Assembly (NCBI GenBank): GCA_021731405.1
Contig: JAKFXN010000003.1
Span: forward strand, 44,676 to 108,675
Length of the DNA: 64,000 nt
Source of the DNA: Candidatus Parcubacteria bacterium
Lineage (GTDB): Bacteria > Patescibacteriota > Minisyncoccia > Phycocordibacterales > UBA918
Direction: 5' to 3'
Below are positions 10,146 to 20,380 of the stretch, piece after piece (position 1 is the stretch's first letter; each line of letters opens with the position of its first letter). The translations under genes were made by a program, and so were the position numbers. The notes under the pieces are model-generated. The model did no database searches and was not told the DNA's origin. It saw nothing but the letters and a program-made list of their open reading frames with translations.

Positions 10146-10214
10146 ATGGCCAAAGGAAATGACATGCGAAAGGAGAAGAAGAAGCCAAAGAAGGATAAGG
10201 AAGTAAAGAAATAA
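10146..10214 (+). CDS. candidate 22-aa lysine-rich mini-ORF (MAKGNDMRKEKKKPKKDKEVKK) or purine-rich sRNA
   Basis: Preceded by extended -10 tgaTATAAT (10104-10112) and followed immediately by a perfect terminator; no clear SD. Confidence 0.25.
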   Translation: MAKGNDMRKEKKKPKKDKEVKK

Positions 10215-10246
10215 ATAAAGCGGTCCATATGGACCGCTTTATTTAT
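10213..10246. terminator. bidirectional terminator
   Basis: aaataaagcggtccatatggaccgctttattt perfect palindrome hairpin. Confidence 0.85.
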
Positions 10247-10623
10247 TTCTTTTTTAAGATACTTCCGATGTCAGCCGGGGAGTAGTTCTCGCCTTTGGTG
10301 GCTTTGTACTCATTATATTCTTTGCTCATATTAGACCGGTGCACTTCAGCAAATATCTCTGGCATTAGATCTTGTAAGCCGTGTTCGAGGATGCTGCCAT
10401 AGGTAGCGTAGAGAATATCGGCCAATTCTTTGGCAATATTTTCAAGGTCTCCTTTCTCGACCCCTTCTTGATACTCTTCCACTTCTTCTGCCATTAGGCG
10501 GTGTCTGAAGTTAGTGCGGTCTTGTGGAATTAGGGTCGGTGTTTTAAGGACCGGACTACCAAATTTTTTGTGAAATTCTGCAACTAAAGAGAGTTCTTTA
10601 TTCATGTTGGTATTATGAAACAT
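10243..10623 (-). CDS. MazG-like nucleotide pyrophosphohydrolase domain protein
   Basis: EELADILYATYG...EHGLQDLMPEIFAEV matches MazG/HisE-type all-alpha NTP-PPase; likely start MNKELSL (10605). Confidence 0.6.
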   Translation of the reverse strand: MFHNTNMNKELSLVAEFHKKFGSPVLKTPTLIPQDRTNFRHRLMAEEVEEYQEGVEKGDLENIAKELADILYATYGSILEHGLQDLMPEIFAEVHRSNMSKEYNEYKATKGENYSPADIGSILKKK

Positions 10624-10661
10624 ATTTCATATTCTAGCAAAATAGTGTATGGTACTGTCCT

Positions 10662-12140
10662 ATGTCACGAAGTGATGGAATTATTGTCTTTAAAGATGTG
10701 TCGTATGAGTACGATGCCACTCGGCCTATTTTGCGTGAGGCGAACTTTGTGGTGCGCCGCGGTGCAAAACTAACGCTGATGGGTCAAAACGGTGCTGGGA
10801 AAAGTACTATCTTCTCACTTATTACCAAAGACCGTCACCCTGATGAAGGGGATATCAATCTTGAGCCACGTACCACTATTGCTATCTCTCGCCAGATTAT
10901 TCCGCGCGCTGAACTGACACTCACCGTCCGTGAATTCTTTGAGAAGTGTTTCTCTGAGAAGGTGTACGACATCGATCCTAAAATTGATGCGGTGCTTGAA
11001 GTGGTAAATCTTACCCCGACCGAGAAGCAGCGTGAGACATTCAAAGAACGTATCGTTGGGAGTTTTTCTGGTGGACAACAAGCCAGGCTTCTTCTTGCGC
11101 AAGCGCTCATTCAAAATCCAGATGTACTTCTTCTAGATGAGCCAACCAACAATCTTGATGTGGCGGGTATTGCGCATCTCACTGCGTTTCTCAAAGAGTA
11201 CCCAAAGACAGTACTGGTGATTTCTCATGATGCAGAGTTCCTAAACTCGTTTACTCAAGGGGTTTTGTATCTCAATACGCAAAAGCGACAAGTCGAACAG
11301 TACAATGGAAACTACCATGCAGTAGTAAAAGATATTGCGGCCCAGGTAGAAAAAGAGCAACGCGAAAACGCTCGCCTTGCCAAGCAAATTCAAGCCGACA
11401 AAGACAAGATTAACTACTTTGCTAACAAGGGAGGAAAGATGCGTCTGGTGGCTAAGCGTATGCGTGATGAAATTGAAGAGGCGGAAGACAACAAAGTAGA
11501 TGTTCGAAAAGAGGATAAAACCATCCGTCCATTTACCATCGAGCCTCATGAAGATGTTCCGCTTGAAGTGGTGCGACTTTCTTCTGTGACGGTGATTAAA
11601 AATCACGAACCAAAAGAAGTAGAAGTAGAAGTAGTGCTCAAACGCGGCATGCACCTACAAATCATTGGCCCAAACGGTATTGGCAAGACTACTCTCCTTG
11701 AGAAGCTGGCGTCAGGACACGCCAAAGGTGAGCACGTGGCTCCAGGGGTAAAGATTGGCTACTACCGTCAAGACTTCTCTAACCTTGAATTTGATAAGAC
11801 GGTACATGAAACACTCATGGACTCAATGCAGCGTAAGGTGGAAGAAGAGATGCGCAGTATCGCCGCTGGCTTCCTGCTCTTCGGAGATGTAATGAAAACA
11901 AAAGTTGGCAACCTTTCTGAAGGACAGAAGGGTTTAGTTGCCTTCGCGAAGCTTTCAATGGAACGCCCAGGACTTTTGATTCTTGACGAACCAACCAACC
12001 ACATTAACTTCCGTCATATCCCAGTGATTGCCAAAGCGCTTCATGACTACAAGGGAGCGATGATTCTCGTTTCCCACGTTCCAGACTTTGTAGAACAGAT
12101 CCATATCGACGAAGTGCTCGACCTTGCCAAGAAGCGATAA
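10662..12140 (+). CDS. ABC-F family ATPase (two ABC cassettes, no TMD)
   Basis: Walker A GQNGAGKST and GPNGIGKTT, signature LSGGQQARL / LSEGQKGLV, charged inter-domain linker. Confidence 0.85.
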   Translation: MSRSDGIIVFKDVSYEYDATRPILREANFVVRRGAKLTLMGQNGAGKSTIFSLITKDRHPDEGDINLEPRTTIAISRQIIPRAELTLTVREFFEKCFSEKVYDIDPKIDAVLEVVNLTPTEKQRETFKERIVGSFSGGQQARLLLAQALIQNPDVLLLDEPTNNLDVAGIAHLTAFLKEYPKTVLVISHDAEFLNSFTQGVLYLNTQKRQVEQYNGNYHAVVKDIAAQVEKEQRENARLAKQIQADKDKINYFANKGGKMRLVAKRMRDEIEEAEDNKVDVRKEDKTIRPFTIEPHEDVPLEVVRLSSVTVIKNHEPKEVEVEVVLKRGMHLQIIGPNGIGKTTLLEKLASGHAKGEHVAPGVKIGYYRQDFSNLEFDKTVHETLMDSMQRKVEEEMRSIAAGFLLFGDVMKTKVGNLSEGQKGLVAFAKLSMERPGLLILDEPTNHINFRHIPVIAKALHDYKGAMILVSHVPDFVEQIHIDEVLDLAKKR

Positions 12141-12157
12141 TAAAACCAGACTAAAAT

Positions 12158-12200
12158 AAAAAAGGCCCCAGTACCTATTTAGGGTACAGGGGCTTTTGGC
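12158..12200 (+). terminator. terminator after ABC-F gene
   Basis: aaaaaaggccccagtaccta-ttta-gggtacaggggcttttgg. Confidence 0.7.
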
Positions 12201-12434
12201 GTCAGGCCTTATTCTCGCCTTTAACCACGAGGAGTGCGAGTACACTCATGATGACAGCCACGAGATTGGGTAGCCATACAAGTGCAAACAGAAGGGAAAG
12301 GAACTCTTTCCACGTGTTGCGAAAAGACGGCATGCCGAAGTAGGTGGCGAAGGACGCGTAAATCACCATGGTGATGACCGAAAGTCCGAGTGCTATCCAG
12401 GCCCTCCGCTAAACAGAGGTAAATTAAGCTTAGT

Positions 12435-13274
12435 TTAGGTATTTTTGATGCTCAAGCGAGCTTCGCGGATTTGCTGTTTCCAGAGTGGCTGCATGATAAA
12501 AAGGAAGATAGTGAGGATAATCAATCCTGAAATAGCAATTGAGTAATAGAGGTTGGCTTCATCAGAGAAGCCGTTCCAGATAGAAAGAATACCAAACCCG
12601 CCAATGACTGATAGTTCAAGATATTTTCCAATAATGGTAAAGCGGGTCACAGAGACTGGGTTTTTGAAGTTTCGGTTGCGTAAGAAGTAAGCAAGGAAGA
12701 GGGCGAGTTCTGCCACTACTGCGACCACAAGTCCGGCGATAGCAAAAGAGAAGACTACTTCCCAGGTACTCCAGTTACCCGCAGTGGCCTGTGCAGCTTT
12801 GGCTGGACCACTCCAAAGCGCATCCCAACTTACCGCGAGGACGGTAATAAACAGGCGAGAGTCTTCTTCCTTGAAACCAAACTTTTTACCAATCCAGTCT
12901 GATATACCAAATATTGGTTCAACCCCAGCAGACTCACAAATAACTTCATATACAAATAGGGTAACGAGCACAAAGCCGATAACACCAAGGATGATCTGTG
13001 CAACCGGCAGGGAAGTTGAAAGTGCCCAGAACATAAAATAACCCAAAGCTGGGAATGAGACATGGGTAATAACCACTGGGATAGTCCAGGTTTTCCACGA
13101 GAGGGCTTTATCACGGTATTTGGCAATAGTGGCGATAAATACATCCATTCCCACTCCAATTCCCATCAGGATACTTGGGATAAGAAACCCAGTTATTCCA
13201 ATAGCAGCCGCATCGCCAAGAAAAGAAGCGAAGTAGCCGATGATGGCAATGTAAAACAGGCGTAAATAATTCAT
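12435..13274 (-). CDS. polytopic membrane protein, DUF204 (MntP/YtaF)-like two-repeat architecture
   Basis: GVGMDVFIATIAKY and later LAVSWDALWSG resemble the duplicated SMDAFA/SLDAMA motifs of MntP/YtaF. Confidence 0.4.
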   Translation of the reverse strand: MNYLRLFYIAIIGYFASFLGDAAAIGITGFLIPSILMGIGVGMDVFIATIAKYRDKALSWKTWTIPVVITHVSFPALGYFMFWALSTSLPVAQIILGVIGFVLVTLFVYEVICESAGVEPIFGISDWIGKKFGFKEEDSRLFITVLAVSWDALWSGPAKAAQATAGNWSTWEVVFSFAIAGLVVAVVAELALFLAYFLRNRNFKNPVSVTRFTIIGKYLELSVIGGFGILSIWNGFSDEANLYYSIAISGLIILTIFLFIMQPLWKQQIREARLSIKNT

Positions 13275-13324
13275 GGCTTAATTATATAATATTAAATTTT
13301 AACGCCTTGAGGTTAGTCACTTTG

Positions 13325-13364
13325 AAAAAAGCGTGACAACCCTTTTGGGTTGTCACGCTTTTCG
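13325..13364. terminator. bidirectional terminator
   Basis: aagcgtgacaaccc-tttt-gggttgtcacgctt perfect hairpin. Confidence 0.85.
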
Positions 13365-13365
13365 T

Positions 13366-13746
13366 TTAAAAATTCTTTCCATCCACCTTCTTAATTTCAA
13401 GTGCGTCGGTATCGAGGTCGTGAATACAGTTGAGGTTTATCGCCACCATGTCACCGCTTTGCGCAAATGATTGTACGCCACAGGTTTTGCAAAACACATG
13501 ATCAATTTGTTTTTTATTAAAATGATATGTCGTTAGTGCATCCTCTCCGCTTTTAAGCGTAAACTGTGTTTTTGGTACAAACGTTAAGAGCATTCCCTTA
13601 CGTTTGCAATGACTACAGTTGCAGGTCATTCCTTCAGTAAAATCTGCTTCTACCTCATATGTCACCGCTCCGCAGTGACAGCTTCCTTGATATGTTTTCA
13701 TGTGAAAAGTATACGCCTTGTGCGTATAGTTGCATATTCTTATCAA
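13366..13746 (-). CDS. GFA (glutathione-dependent formaldehyde-activating / CENP-V) family zinc protein
   Basis: GSCHCGAV...CNCSHC...CKTCG cysteine pattern of GFA domain; probable start MKTYQGSCHCG (13701). Confidence 0.7.
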   Translation of the reverse strand: MIRICNYTHKAYTFHMKTYQGSCHCGAVTYEVEADFTEGMTCNCSHCKRKGMLLTFVPKTQFTLKSGEDALTTYHFNKKQIDHVFCKTCGVQSFAQSGDMVAINLNCIHDLDTDALEIKKVDGKNF

Positions 13747-13763
13747 CCCGTCACAATAGTGGT

Positions 13764-14906
13764 ATGTCGAAACACCAAAAGACGGAGAAACAATTTTTGC
13801 TTAAAGATATGCTCTTTAATGCAAAAAAAGTAGCTAAGCTGGCCAAAGAAATTAAAGCAGTTTACCCCGACTTCAAGCGGTCAGCCTTTGAGAAAAAAGT
13901 TGTTTCAGCGTTTCCCGAAGAAGAGCTCATGGAACGAATTGCCAATATCCGAGATACACTACGCGAATTTTTGCCCAGTGATTACAAAAATGCATTGACG
14001 ATTATTTTGCGTGCCTTACCGCCTGAGTTGGATCATGAAAAAGAAGACAATGATTTTGGTGATTTTATCTATGCACCGTACTCATACTTTGTGGCTAAGT
14101 ATGGTTCTCGTCCCGAGTGTGTTGATATTTCACTTAAAGCGCTTGAAGAGATTACTAAACGTTTTTCAGCGGAAGCTTCACTTCGAGACTTTATAAATGC
14201 TTTTCCAGATAAGACCATGCGGGCAGCAACAGCTTGGACTCGACACAAAAACTACCATGTGCGTAGACTGGCCAGTGAAGGAACCAGACCAAATCTGCCT
14301 TGGGCAAAAAAGATACACACAACGCCTGAAATGATGCTGCCGCTTTTAGATAAGCTCTATAGTGATAAGACGCGGTACGTGACCCGTTCAGTCGCTAACC
14401 ACTTAAATGACATCTCTAAAACAAACCCCGCACTTGTCGTTGCTACTTTGAAGCGTTGGCAGAAAGAAGGGAAGCAAACGGCTTCTGAACTTACGTTTAT
14501 TACTAAGCATGCGCTTCGTACTGCCGTGAAGAAAGGAGATACAGAAGCCCTTAAGCTTTTGGGCTTTGAAAGTCCCGCAGTTGAACTCTTTAATTTGGCA
14601 CTCCTACCTATGCGGGTGAAGGTCGGTGGAGCACTCACGTTTACGTTTACCGTTGAGTCTGTCGCTTCAAAAGAACAAACAGTGCTTATTGATTATCTTA
14701 TTCATTTTAAGAAAGCGAATGGCACATTATCACCAAAAGTATTTAAACTCACTACTGCTAAACTTTCTTCTGCTCAATCGCTCACTTTAAAAAAAGTACA
14801 CCAACTAAAGCCCATGACCACTCGAACGCTCTATTCAGGGGAACACATGCTCGAGATACAAATAAACGGTCAAAGTTTTGGTAAGCATATATTCATTTTA
14901 GTCTAG
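13764..14906 (+). CDS. DNA alkylation repair enzyme (AlkC/AlkD-like HEAT-repeat glycosylase family)
   Basis: WTRHKNYHVRRLASEGTRPNLPWAKK matches the PF08713 DNA_alkylation motif; ORF track start at 13659 overlaps the antisense GFA gene, so the internal ATG 13764 is preferred. Confidence 0.6.
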   Translation: MSKHQKTEKQFLLKDMLFNAKKVAKLAKEIKAVYPDFKRSAFEKKVVSAFPEEELMERIANIRDTLREFLPSDYKNALTIILRALPPELDHEKEDNDFGDFIYAPYSYFVAKYGSRPECVDISLKALEEITKRFSAEASLRDFINAFPDKTMRAATAWTRHKNYHVRRLASEGTRPNLPWAKKIHTTPEMMLPLLDKLYSDKTRYVTRSVANHLNDISKTNPALVVATLKRWQKEGKQTASELTFITKHALRTAVKKGDTEALKLLGFESPAVELFNLALLPMRVKVGGALTFTFTVESVASKEQTVLIDYLIHFKKANGTLSPKVFKLTTAKLSSAQSLTLKKVHQLKPMTTRTLYSGEHMLEIQINGQSFGKHIFILV

Positions 14907-14909
14907 GTT

Positions 14910-15212
14910 ATGAAAAGAAATAGCTACAGCATGACTGAGCAGGTATATCTCTATCCGGGAGAATCTGCCAATTGGCATTTTGTACCAATCACAAAAAAGA
15001 TTGGACAGGAAATAAGAACTACCTACGGCAAGTCAGCGCGTGGTTTTGGAGCGGTAAAGGTAGAGGTGACTATTGGTGGCACGGTATGGCAGACCTCCAT
15101 GTTTCCCGACAAGTATTCAGGGAGTTACATCCTTCCAATCAAAGCAGCGGTACGGAAAAAAGAAGAGATTGAGGCAGGAGAAAAGATTACCTACACTATA
15201 AAACTCATTTAG
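14910..15212 (+). CDS. DUF1905 domain protein
   Basis: ANWHFVPI...RGFGAVKVEVTIGGTVWQTSMFPDKYSGSYILPIKAAVRKK matches the DUF1905 pattern. Confidence 0.55.
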   Translation: MKRNSYSMTEQVYLYPGESANWHFVPITKKIGQEIRTTYGKSARGFGAVKVEVTIGGTVWQTSMFPDKYSGSYILPIKAAVRKKEEIEAGEKITYTIKLI

Positions 15213-17272
15213 ACTTTCTTTGGTAGTTTTGCCGCTACGTGTGAAGCTATAAAGATAATAACCGAGAAAATAATAAATCTAGTATCGATAGCATCAGCAG
15301 TGATGCCATTTTTTATAAACTCCTCGACACTGATCGCTGCGCCAATCGCGACAAAGGTGGCTATACCAAGAAGCGTGCCAACAATTGTCGCTAGGATGAA
15401 GGGAGTAAAAGGGACCCGTACTAGACCCGCGCCATAGTTAACGACATCATACGGAAAAAATGTGAGCCGCATCGTGAGTATGGCCATAAAAGGATTCTTT
15501 TGAAGGAGCTCAATTGAACCCTTCAAGAGTCCAGTGTTTTTGGTGTTTGTACTGAAAAATCTTCCAACCGTGTATGCTAAAGTAGCCGAAAAATTCGCTC
15601 CAATAATGGTGTAGAGAATTCCCCATAAGCCAAAGAAAACACCGGAGAGGATAGTGAGAGCTGTGCCTGGAAAAAAAGTTAGTGGGCGAATTGTGTACGC
15701 GAGAATGTATAAGAGCGGCCCCCAAGCAGTACTCGTGATAAAAGTGAACAGGCTAAGGGCTATTTCACTAAAAGAAAGTCCGCTTACTACTTTTACTTGA
15801 TACAGCCACAAGAGCGCACCTATCCAGATACTAGCGGCACATATTTTTGGAGCTGCTTTCTTACCAAGATTTAAAAGGTCTTCTTTAAGCGAAGCAATTT
15901 GGGTAGCCAGAAAATAATCACCCGCTTTTTTGAGAATGAGTGAATAGGTAGGGTAGGCAAAAATAGTTGAGCGAAGACGATAGAGTGAAATGTTATTTTC
16001 CATCGCGAGCGTGAGGGTGCTTATGAGCTCACCTGCTCGCGGGCCGACAATGTGCGCCCCGAGGATTGTGCCGGATAGTCGCTTAGCAATAATGATTAAA
16101 AGACCAGACGTATCGTCATCAGTTCGAGCACGGTCATTAGCAGCAAAGGAAACTTCAATCCGACGCACTGATTTTTCGCTGTACTGCTCTTGTGCCTCCT
16201 CCCATGACAGTCCTACCTGCGCGATTTCTGGCTCGGTGTAGGTGACTTTAGGGATAGCCTTCTCTTTTACAGAAATGAGTCCCTTGCTGGCAATGTGGGT
16301 AACTACTTGTCTGCCGATATCGTCTGCGACGTGGGTGAACTTCATACGGGCCGAAACGTCTCCAAGAGCATAGATGTCTTTGTTGGTTGTTCGCCAGTTT
16401 CCATCAATCGTGATGCCGAAGGGAGTTGTCTTAACGCCTACGGTATCTAGGCCGCGAGGAATATTTGCTACGCGTCCGACAGCAATAAGTACTTTATCAA
16501 AAGTGACCACCTCAGTTTTTAGTACCGCGCCAGTTTCATTTTTTAGTTCAATCAGAGCATTTTGGCCGGTTACTTTTTTTACCTCAGCATTATTGAGAAT
16601 AGTTATGCCAATATCCAGGAATATTTTTGTAATGATTGAGCTCACTGCTTCATCTTCGAGTTTTGCAAAGCGAGAGTGATTATTGATGAGAGTTACTTGA
16701 CTACCAAGCAGGGCGAGCGCTTGCCCCATTTCCATTCCAATCGGTCCAGCGCCAATAATGAGCGTGCGAGCAGGAATCTCAGTTTGTGAAAATAAATTTT
16801 GGTTAGTGAGAATACGGTCGGTATGTAATCCTTCAATAGGTAGCTGGCGAGGGCTTGAGCCTGTGGCAATAATGGCCTTTTTAAAGTGATAGGTCGTTTC
16901 CCCAACCCGAATCACGCGCTTTCCTGTAAAAACAGCCTCTCCCATCACGACTGTGATACCGAGCTTGGCAAAATGGTCTGCCGTTTCATCAGCTAAGATT
17001 TCTTGTATCTTGGTCGCAACGTACGAAAAAGCTTTTTGGCGGTACTGTTCATTTTTTTCAGTGAGACCTGAGATTTTTGCCGCAAGGGCGTATTGTTTGG
17101 CATGATGAAGGAGAGCTTTACTTGGGATACATCCCGAGTTTGTACATTCTCCGCCGATATGTTCTCTTTCTACCAAAAGTACTTTCTTTCCCACTTTGGT
17201 GAGACCAACTGCTGTAGTGAGTCCACCTGAGCCTGCTCCGATGACGACCGCATCAAATGTATGTGCTTGCAT
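15209..17272 (-). CDS. fusion protein: class-I pyridine nucleotide-disulfide oxidoreductase (dihydrolipoamide dehydrogenase/mercuric reductase-like) + C-terminal DedA/TVP38 membrane domain
   Basis: N-term GAGSGG FAD motif and redox-active GGECTNSGCIPSK disulfide, second GAGPIGME NAD motif, dimerisation region; last ~220 aa are a DedA-type TM domain. Confidence 0.75.
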   Translation of the reverse strand: MQAHTFDAVVIGAGSGGLTTAVGLTKVGKKVLLVEREHIGGECTNSGCIPSKALLHHAKQYALAAKISGLTEKNEQYRQKAFSYVATKIQEILADETADHFAKLGITVVMGEAVFTGKRVIRVGETTYHFKKAIIATGSSPRQLPIEGLHTDRILTNQNLFSQTEIPARTLIIGAGPIGMEMGQALALLGSQVTLINNHSRFAKLEDEAVSSIITKIFLDIGITILNNAEVKKVTGQNALIELKNETGAVLKTEVVTFDKVLIAVGRVANIPRGLDTVGVKTTPFGITIDGNWRTTNKDIYALGDVSARMKFTHVADDIGRQVVTHIASKGLISVKEKAIPKVTYTEPEIAQVGLSWEEAQEQYSEKSVRRIEVSFAANDRARTDDDTSGLLIIIAKRLSGTILGAHIVGPRAGELISTLTLAMENNISLYRLRSTIFAYPTYSLILKKAGDYFLATQIASLKEDLLNLGKKAAPKICAASIWIGALLWLYQVKVVSGLSFSEIALSLFTFITSTAWGPLLYILAYTIRPLTFFPGTALTILSGVFFGLWGILYTIIGANFSATLAYTVGRFFSTNTKNTGLLKGSIELLQKNPFMAILTMRLTFFPYDVVNYGAGLVRVPFTPFILATIVGTLLGIATFVAIGAAISVEEFIKNGITADAIDTRFIIFSVIIFIASHVAAKLPKKV

Positions 17273-17522
17273 ATCGGTCTATAATAGCAAAGTAATTAAT
17301 GTAAAGTAAGCTTTACATACAGGACTTTGGTGATACGTAATTTCTAAAACTAGAAGCGGGCGAGCGGGTAGGCTGTCGTGTTGCTGATTGCCAGTAAATA
17401 CCGTATAGTATCGGCGTTAAGCCTTAATCGGCTTTTTTCTTTTCTCCAAGCCCTTTTTTGGGACGCCTTGATGAAAGGAGTATCACATTATTAAATACAT
17501 ATATAAGTAAGTAGAACAATTT

Positions 17523-19700
17523 ATGGCACGAGAATTTCCAGTAGATCGCATGCGAAACTTCGGTATCGTAGCGCACGTAGATGCGGGTAAAACCACGACT
17601 TCAGAGCGGGTACTTTTCTATACTGGCATGAGTCACAAGATTGGTGAGGTGCACGATGGTGCTACTGTCACTGACTGGATGGAACAGGAACGAGAACGAG
17701 GTATTACTATTACAGCGGCGGCTATTTCATGTAACTGGTCTAAGACTGACGTACTTGATCGAAAGGACAAGTCACAGATGTACAGCTTCAACATTATCGA
17801 CACTCCAGGCCACATCGACTTTACCGCTGAAGTAAAGCGTTCAATGCGTGTGCTCGACGGTGCTGTCGTGGTATTTGACTCGGTAGCGGGTGTAGAACCA
17901 CAATCAGAAACTAACTGGGGTTATGCTGACGAAGCTGGTGTGCCACGTATTTGTTTCATCAACAAGATGGACCGACTCGGCGCTTCTTTTGAAAAATCAT
18001 ACCAGTCAATTCTCGACCGTCTTTCTAAGAAAGCAGTTCGAATCCAACTTCCATGGGGTGCTGAAGACCAATTCCAAGGAGTGGTTGACCTGCTTCGCAT
18101 GAAGGCTTTCGTCTTTGAAGGTGAAATGGGTACTCTTGTTAAACAAGTAGAGATTCCAGAAGAGCTCAAGGCAGATGCTGAAAAGTATCGAGCAGAGCTC
18201 ATTGAACGGGTGGTTGAACATGATGATACTCTCATGGAAGCCTACCTCTCTGGAACTCTCCCAACCGACGAACAACTAAAAACCACTCTCCGAAAGGCAG
18301 TGCTTGCAAACCAACTCTTCCCAGTTATGACTGGATCTGCGCTTAAGAACATTGGTGTACAGCTTGTGCTCGATGGTGTAGTTGATTACCTGCCAGCACC
18401 AACAGACCTTCCACCAATTAAGGGTATCAACCCTAAAGATGAAACTGACATCACTCGTCTTCCAGACGACAATCAGCCATTTTGTGCGCTTGCCTTCAAA
18501 CTTCAGACTGACCCATTTGTGGGACAACTTACCTTCTTCCGCGTGTACTCAGGAGTAGTTAAGGCTGGTAGTTACATCTACAACTCAACTACTGGAGAAA
18601 AGGAACGATTAGGCCGTATTGTACGACTCCAAGCAGACAAGCGAACAGAAATTGAAGAAGTGTACGCTGGAGAAATTGCTGCCGGAGTAGGGCTCAAAGA
18701 AGTAAAGACTTCACACACACTTTGTGATGAAGCAAACCCAATTATCCTCGAACAAATTAAATTCCCAGAGCCAGTGGTGGCGCTACGCGTAGAACCAAAG
18801 ACTAAGGGTGACCAAGAACGTATGGGTGTTGCTTTGAAGAAGCTATCTGATGAAGATCCAACTTTCAAGGTTTCAACTGACGAAGAGACTATGGAAACAA
18901 TTATCGCTGGTATGGGAGAACTTCACTTGGAAATTCTCGTCGACCGAATGAAGCGTGAGTTTAACGTAGAAGCTAACGTTGGTGCTCCACAAGTAGCGTA
19001 CCGAGAAACAATTCAACGAGAAGCTGAAGCTGAATACAAGTACGTAAAGCAGTCAGGAGGTCGTGGACAGTATGGTCACGTGAAGATTCGTATCCGTCCA
19101 ATGAAGCCGCTAGAACTTGCTGAAGGAAAGTCACTTGCTAAGAACATTACCCGTGAAGACCATTACGAATTCATCAACAGTATCAAGGGAGGAGTAATTC
19201 CAGGAGAATTTATTCCAGCTGTTATGAAGGGATGTAAAGAAGCAATGGCACGAGGATTTGTGGCTGGATACAAGATGGAAGACGTTTCAGTAGAGCTTTT
19301 TGACGGTTCATTCCATGATGTTGACTCTTCAGAAATTGCTTTCAAACTCGCTGCTATCTATGCGTTTAAGGAAGCTGCAGCTAAGGCTGGAGCGGTTCTC
19401 CTTGAACCAGTGATGAAGGTTGAAGTTCGTACTCCAGAACAATTCATGGGTGACGTAAACGGAAACATTTCAAGTAAACGAGGACAAGTAGAGGGTATGG
19501 ATGATATCGGAGATAAGAAGGTGATTACTGCTAAGGTTCCACTTTCAGAAATGTTTGGTTACACCAACATGCTCCGTTCTATGACTCAAGGTCGTGCTTC
19601 AATGATGATGGAATTCCATCATTATGACGTGGTTCCGCCAAACGTTGCTAATGAGATCAAGAAGACGAGAGGTGTGAAGGATGTGAATGAAGAAGCGTAG
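17523..19700 (+). CDS. fusA: elongation factor G (725 aa)
   Basis: [16 protein letters not shown]-domain, full five-domain EF-G length. Confidence 0.95.
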   Translation: MAREFPVDRMRNFGIVAHVDAGKTTTSERVLFYTGMSHKIGEVHDGATVTDWMEQERERGITITAAAISCNWSKTDVLDRKDKSQMYSFNIIDTPGHIDFTAEVKRSMRVLDGAVVVFDSVAGVEPQSETNWGYADEAGVPRICFINKMDRLGASFEKSYQSILDRLSKKAVRIQLPWGAEDQFQGVVDLLRMKAFVFEGEMGTLVKQVEIPEELKADAEKYRAELIERVVEHDDTLMEAYLSGTLPTDEQLKTTLRKAVLANQLFPVMTGSALKNIGVQLVLDGVVDYLPAPTDLPPIKGINPKDETDITRLPDDNQPFCALAFKLQTDPFVGQLTFFRVYSGVVKAGSYIYNSTTGEKERLGRIVRLQADKRTEIEEVYAGEIAAGVGLKEVKTSHTLCDEANPIILEQIKFPEPVVALRVEPKTKGDQERMGVALKKLSDEDPTFKVSTDEETMETIIAGMGELHLEILVDRMKREFNVEANVGAPQVAYRETIQREAEAEYKYVKQSGGRGQYGHVKIRIRPMKPLELAEGKSLAKNITREDHYEFINSIKGGVIPGEFIPAVMKGCKEAMARGFVAGYKMEDVSVELFDGSFHDVDSSEIAFKLAAIYAFKEAAAKAGAVLLEPVMKVEVRTPEQFMGDVNGNISSKRGQVEGMDDIGDKKVITAKVPLSEMFGYTNMLRSMTQGRASMMMEFHHYDVVPPNVANEIKKTRGVKDVNEEA

Positions 19701-19720
19701 TTTTCTACCTTCTCTGATCC

Positions 19721-19753
19721 AAAAAGCCCAGCACGTACGTGCTGGGCTTTTTG
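19721..19753 (+). terminator. terminator after fusA
   Basis: aaaaagcccagcacgtacgtgctgggctttttg. Confidence 0.85.
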
Positions 19754-19860
19754 TATGTATTTTCTTTGAAATTAATATTTTCTGTGGTATAAAACGGTGG
19801 GCAATTCGTTGTCCAAAACAGGTCTAAGTTCTTTCAATCATATACTACCGAGGAGTTTTC

Positions 19861-20355
19861 GTGAAAAACGAAGATAACAAATTTTCGGCCCTGTGCCCGT
19901 GCGATATGGGTGCTTCGTGGACAGGGTTCAACTGGGCAAAGTACCCAGGGGGTGTTCAAGTGAGCTTTGCTCTGACCGACGGCAGGCGACTGCTGCTGGT
20001 CAAGCCGACTCGCTGGAACTATGTGATGATGCAGCTGCCTCTGGAGAAGACAGGCAGCCTCGATGGGGTTCTGGCAAAGATGTACACCGAGCTGCGAAAG
20101 GTCGGCATCGCGGTGTCTGGTGTCGGCAAACCAACCGTTCAGCAGGTGCTCGAAAAGACCGGTATTTTCAATGTTTTGGTGGTGGTGCCGTATGCCCAAG
20201 TCTCGGGATCGGCTGCTTCGATGGAATGTGTCGATTCGGCACTGATGTTGCGCGGCTTTTGGGTCTCGAACCCCATGGCCACGTTTGTGCCGCGGCTGCT
20301 CGGTTGGGGTGACGCACACGAGATGCCTGAAGAACAGGTTCTGCAGGCGGCCTAA
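19861..20355 (+). CDS. GC-rich orphan ORF (164 aa, GTG start) of unknown function, compositionally foreign
   Basis: GC ~55-60% vs ~35-44% flanks; strong GC3 bias in this frame; AGGAG 6 nt upstream of GTG; two terminators downstream. Confidence 0.55.
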   Translation: MKNEDNKFSALCPCDMGASWTGFNWAKYPGGVQVSFALTDGRRLLLVKPTRWNYVMMQLPLEKTGSLDGVLAKMYTELRKVGIAVSGVGKPTVQQVLEKTGIFNVLVVVPYAQVSGSAASMECVDSALMLRGFWVSNPMATFVPRLLGWGDAHEMPEEQVLQAA

Positions 20356-20380
20356 TTCCCTGAAGGGGAAATAGCCGAAT

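Noticed and set aside
17633-19345. Several 60-104-aa ORFs antisense to or out of frame within fusA
   Set aside because: Embedded in a highly conserved gene, no start signals; typical spurious frames
19834-20319. 161-aa minus-strand ORF and 139-aa alternative plus-frame ORF overlapping the GC-rich gene
   Set aside because: High GC suppresses stop codons in all frames; only the 19861 frame shows coding-like GC3 bias with an SD, so the others are treated as shadow ORFs
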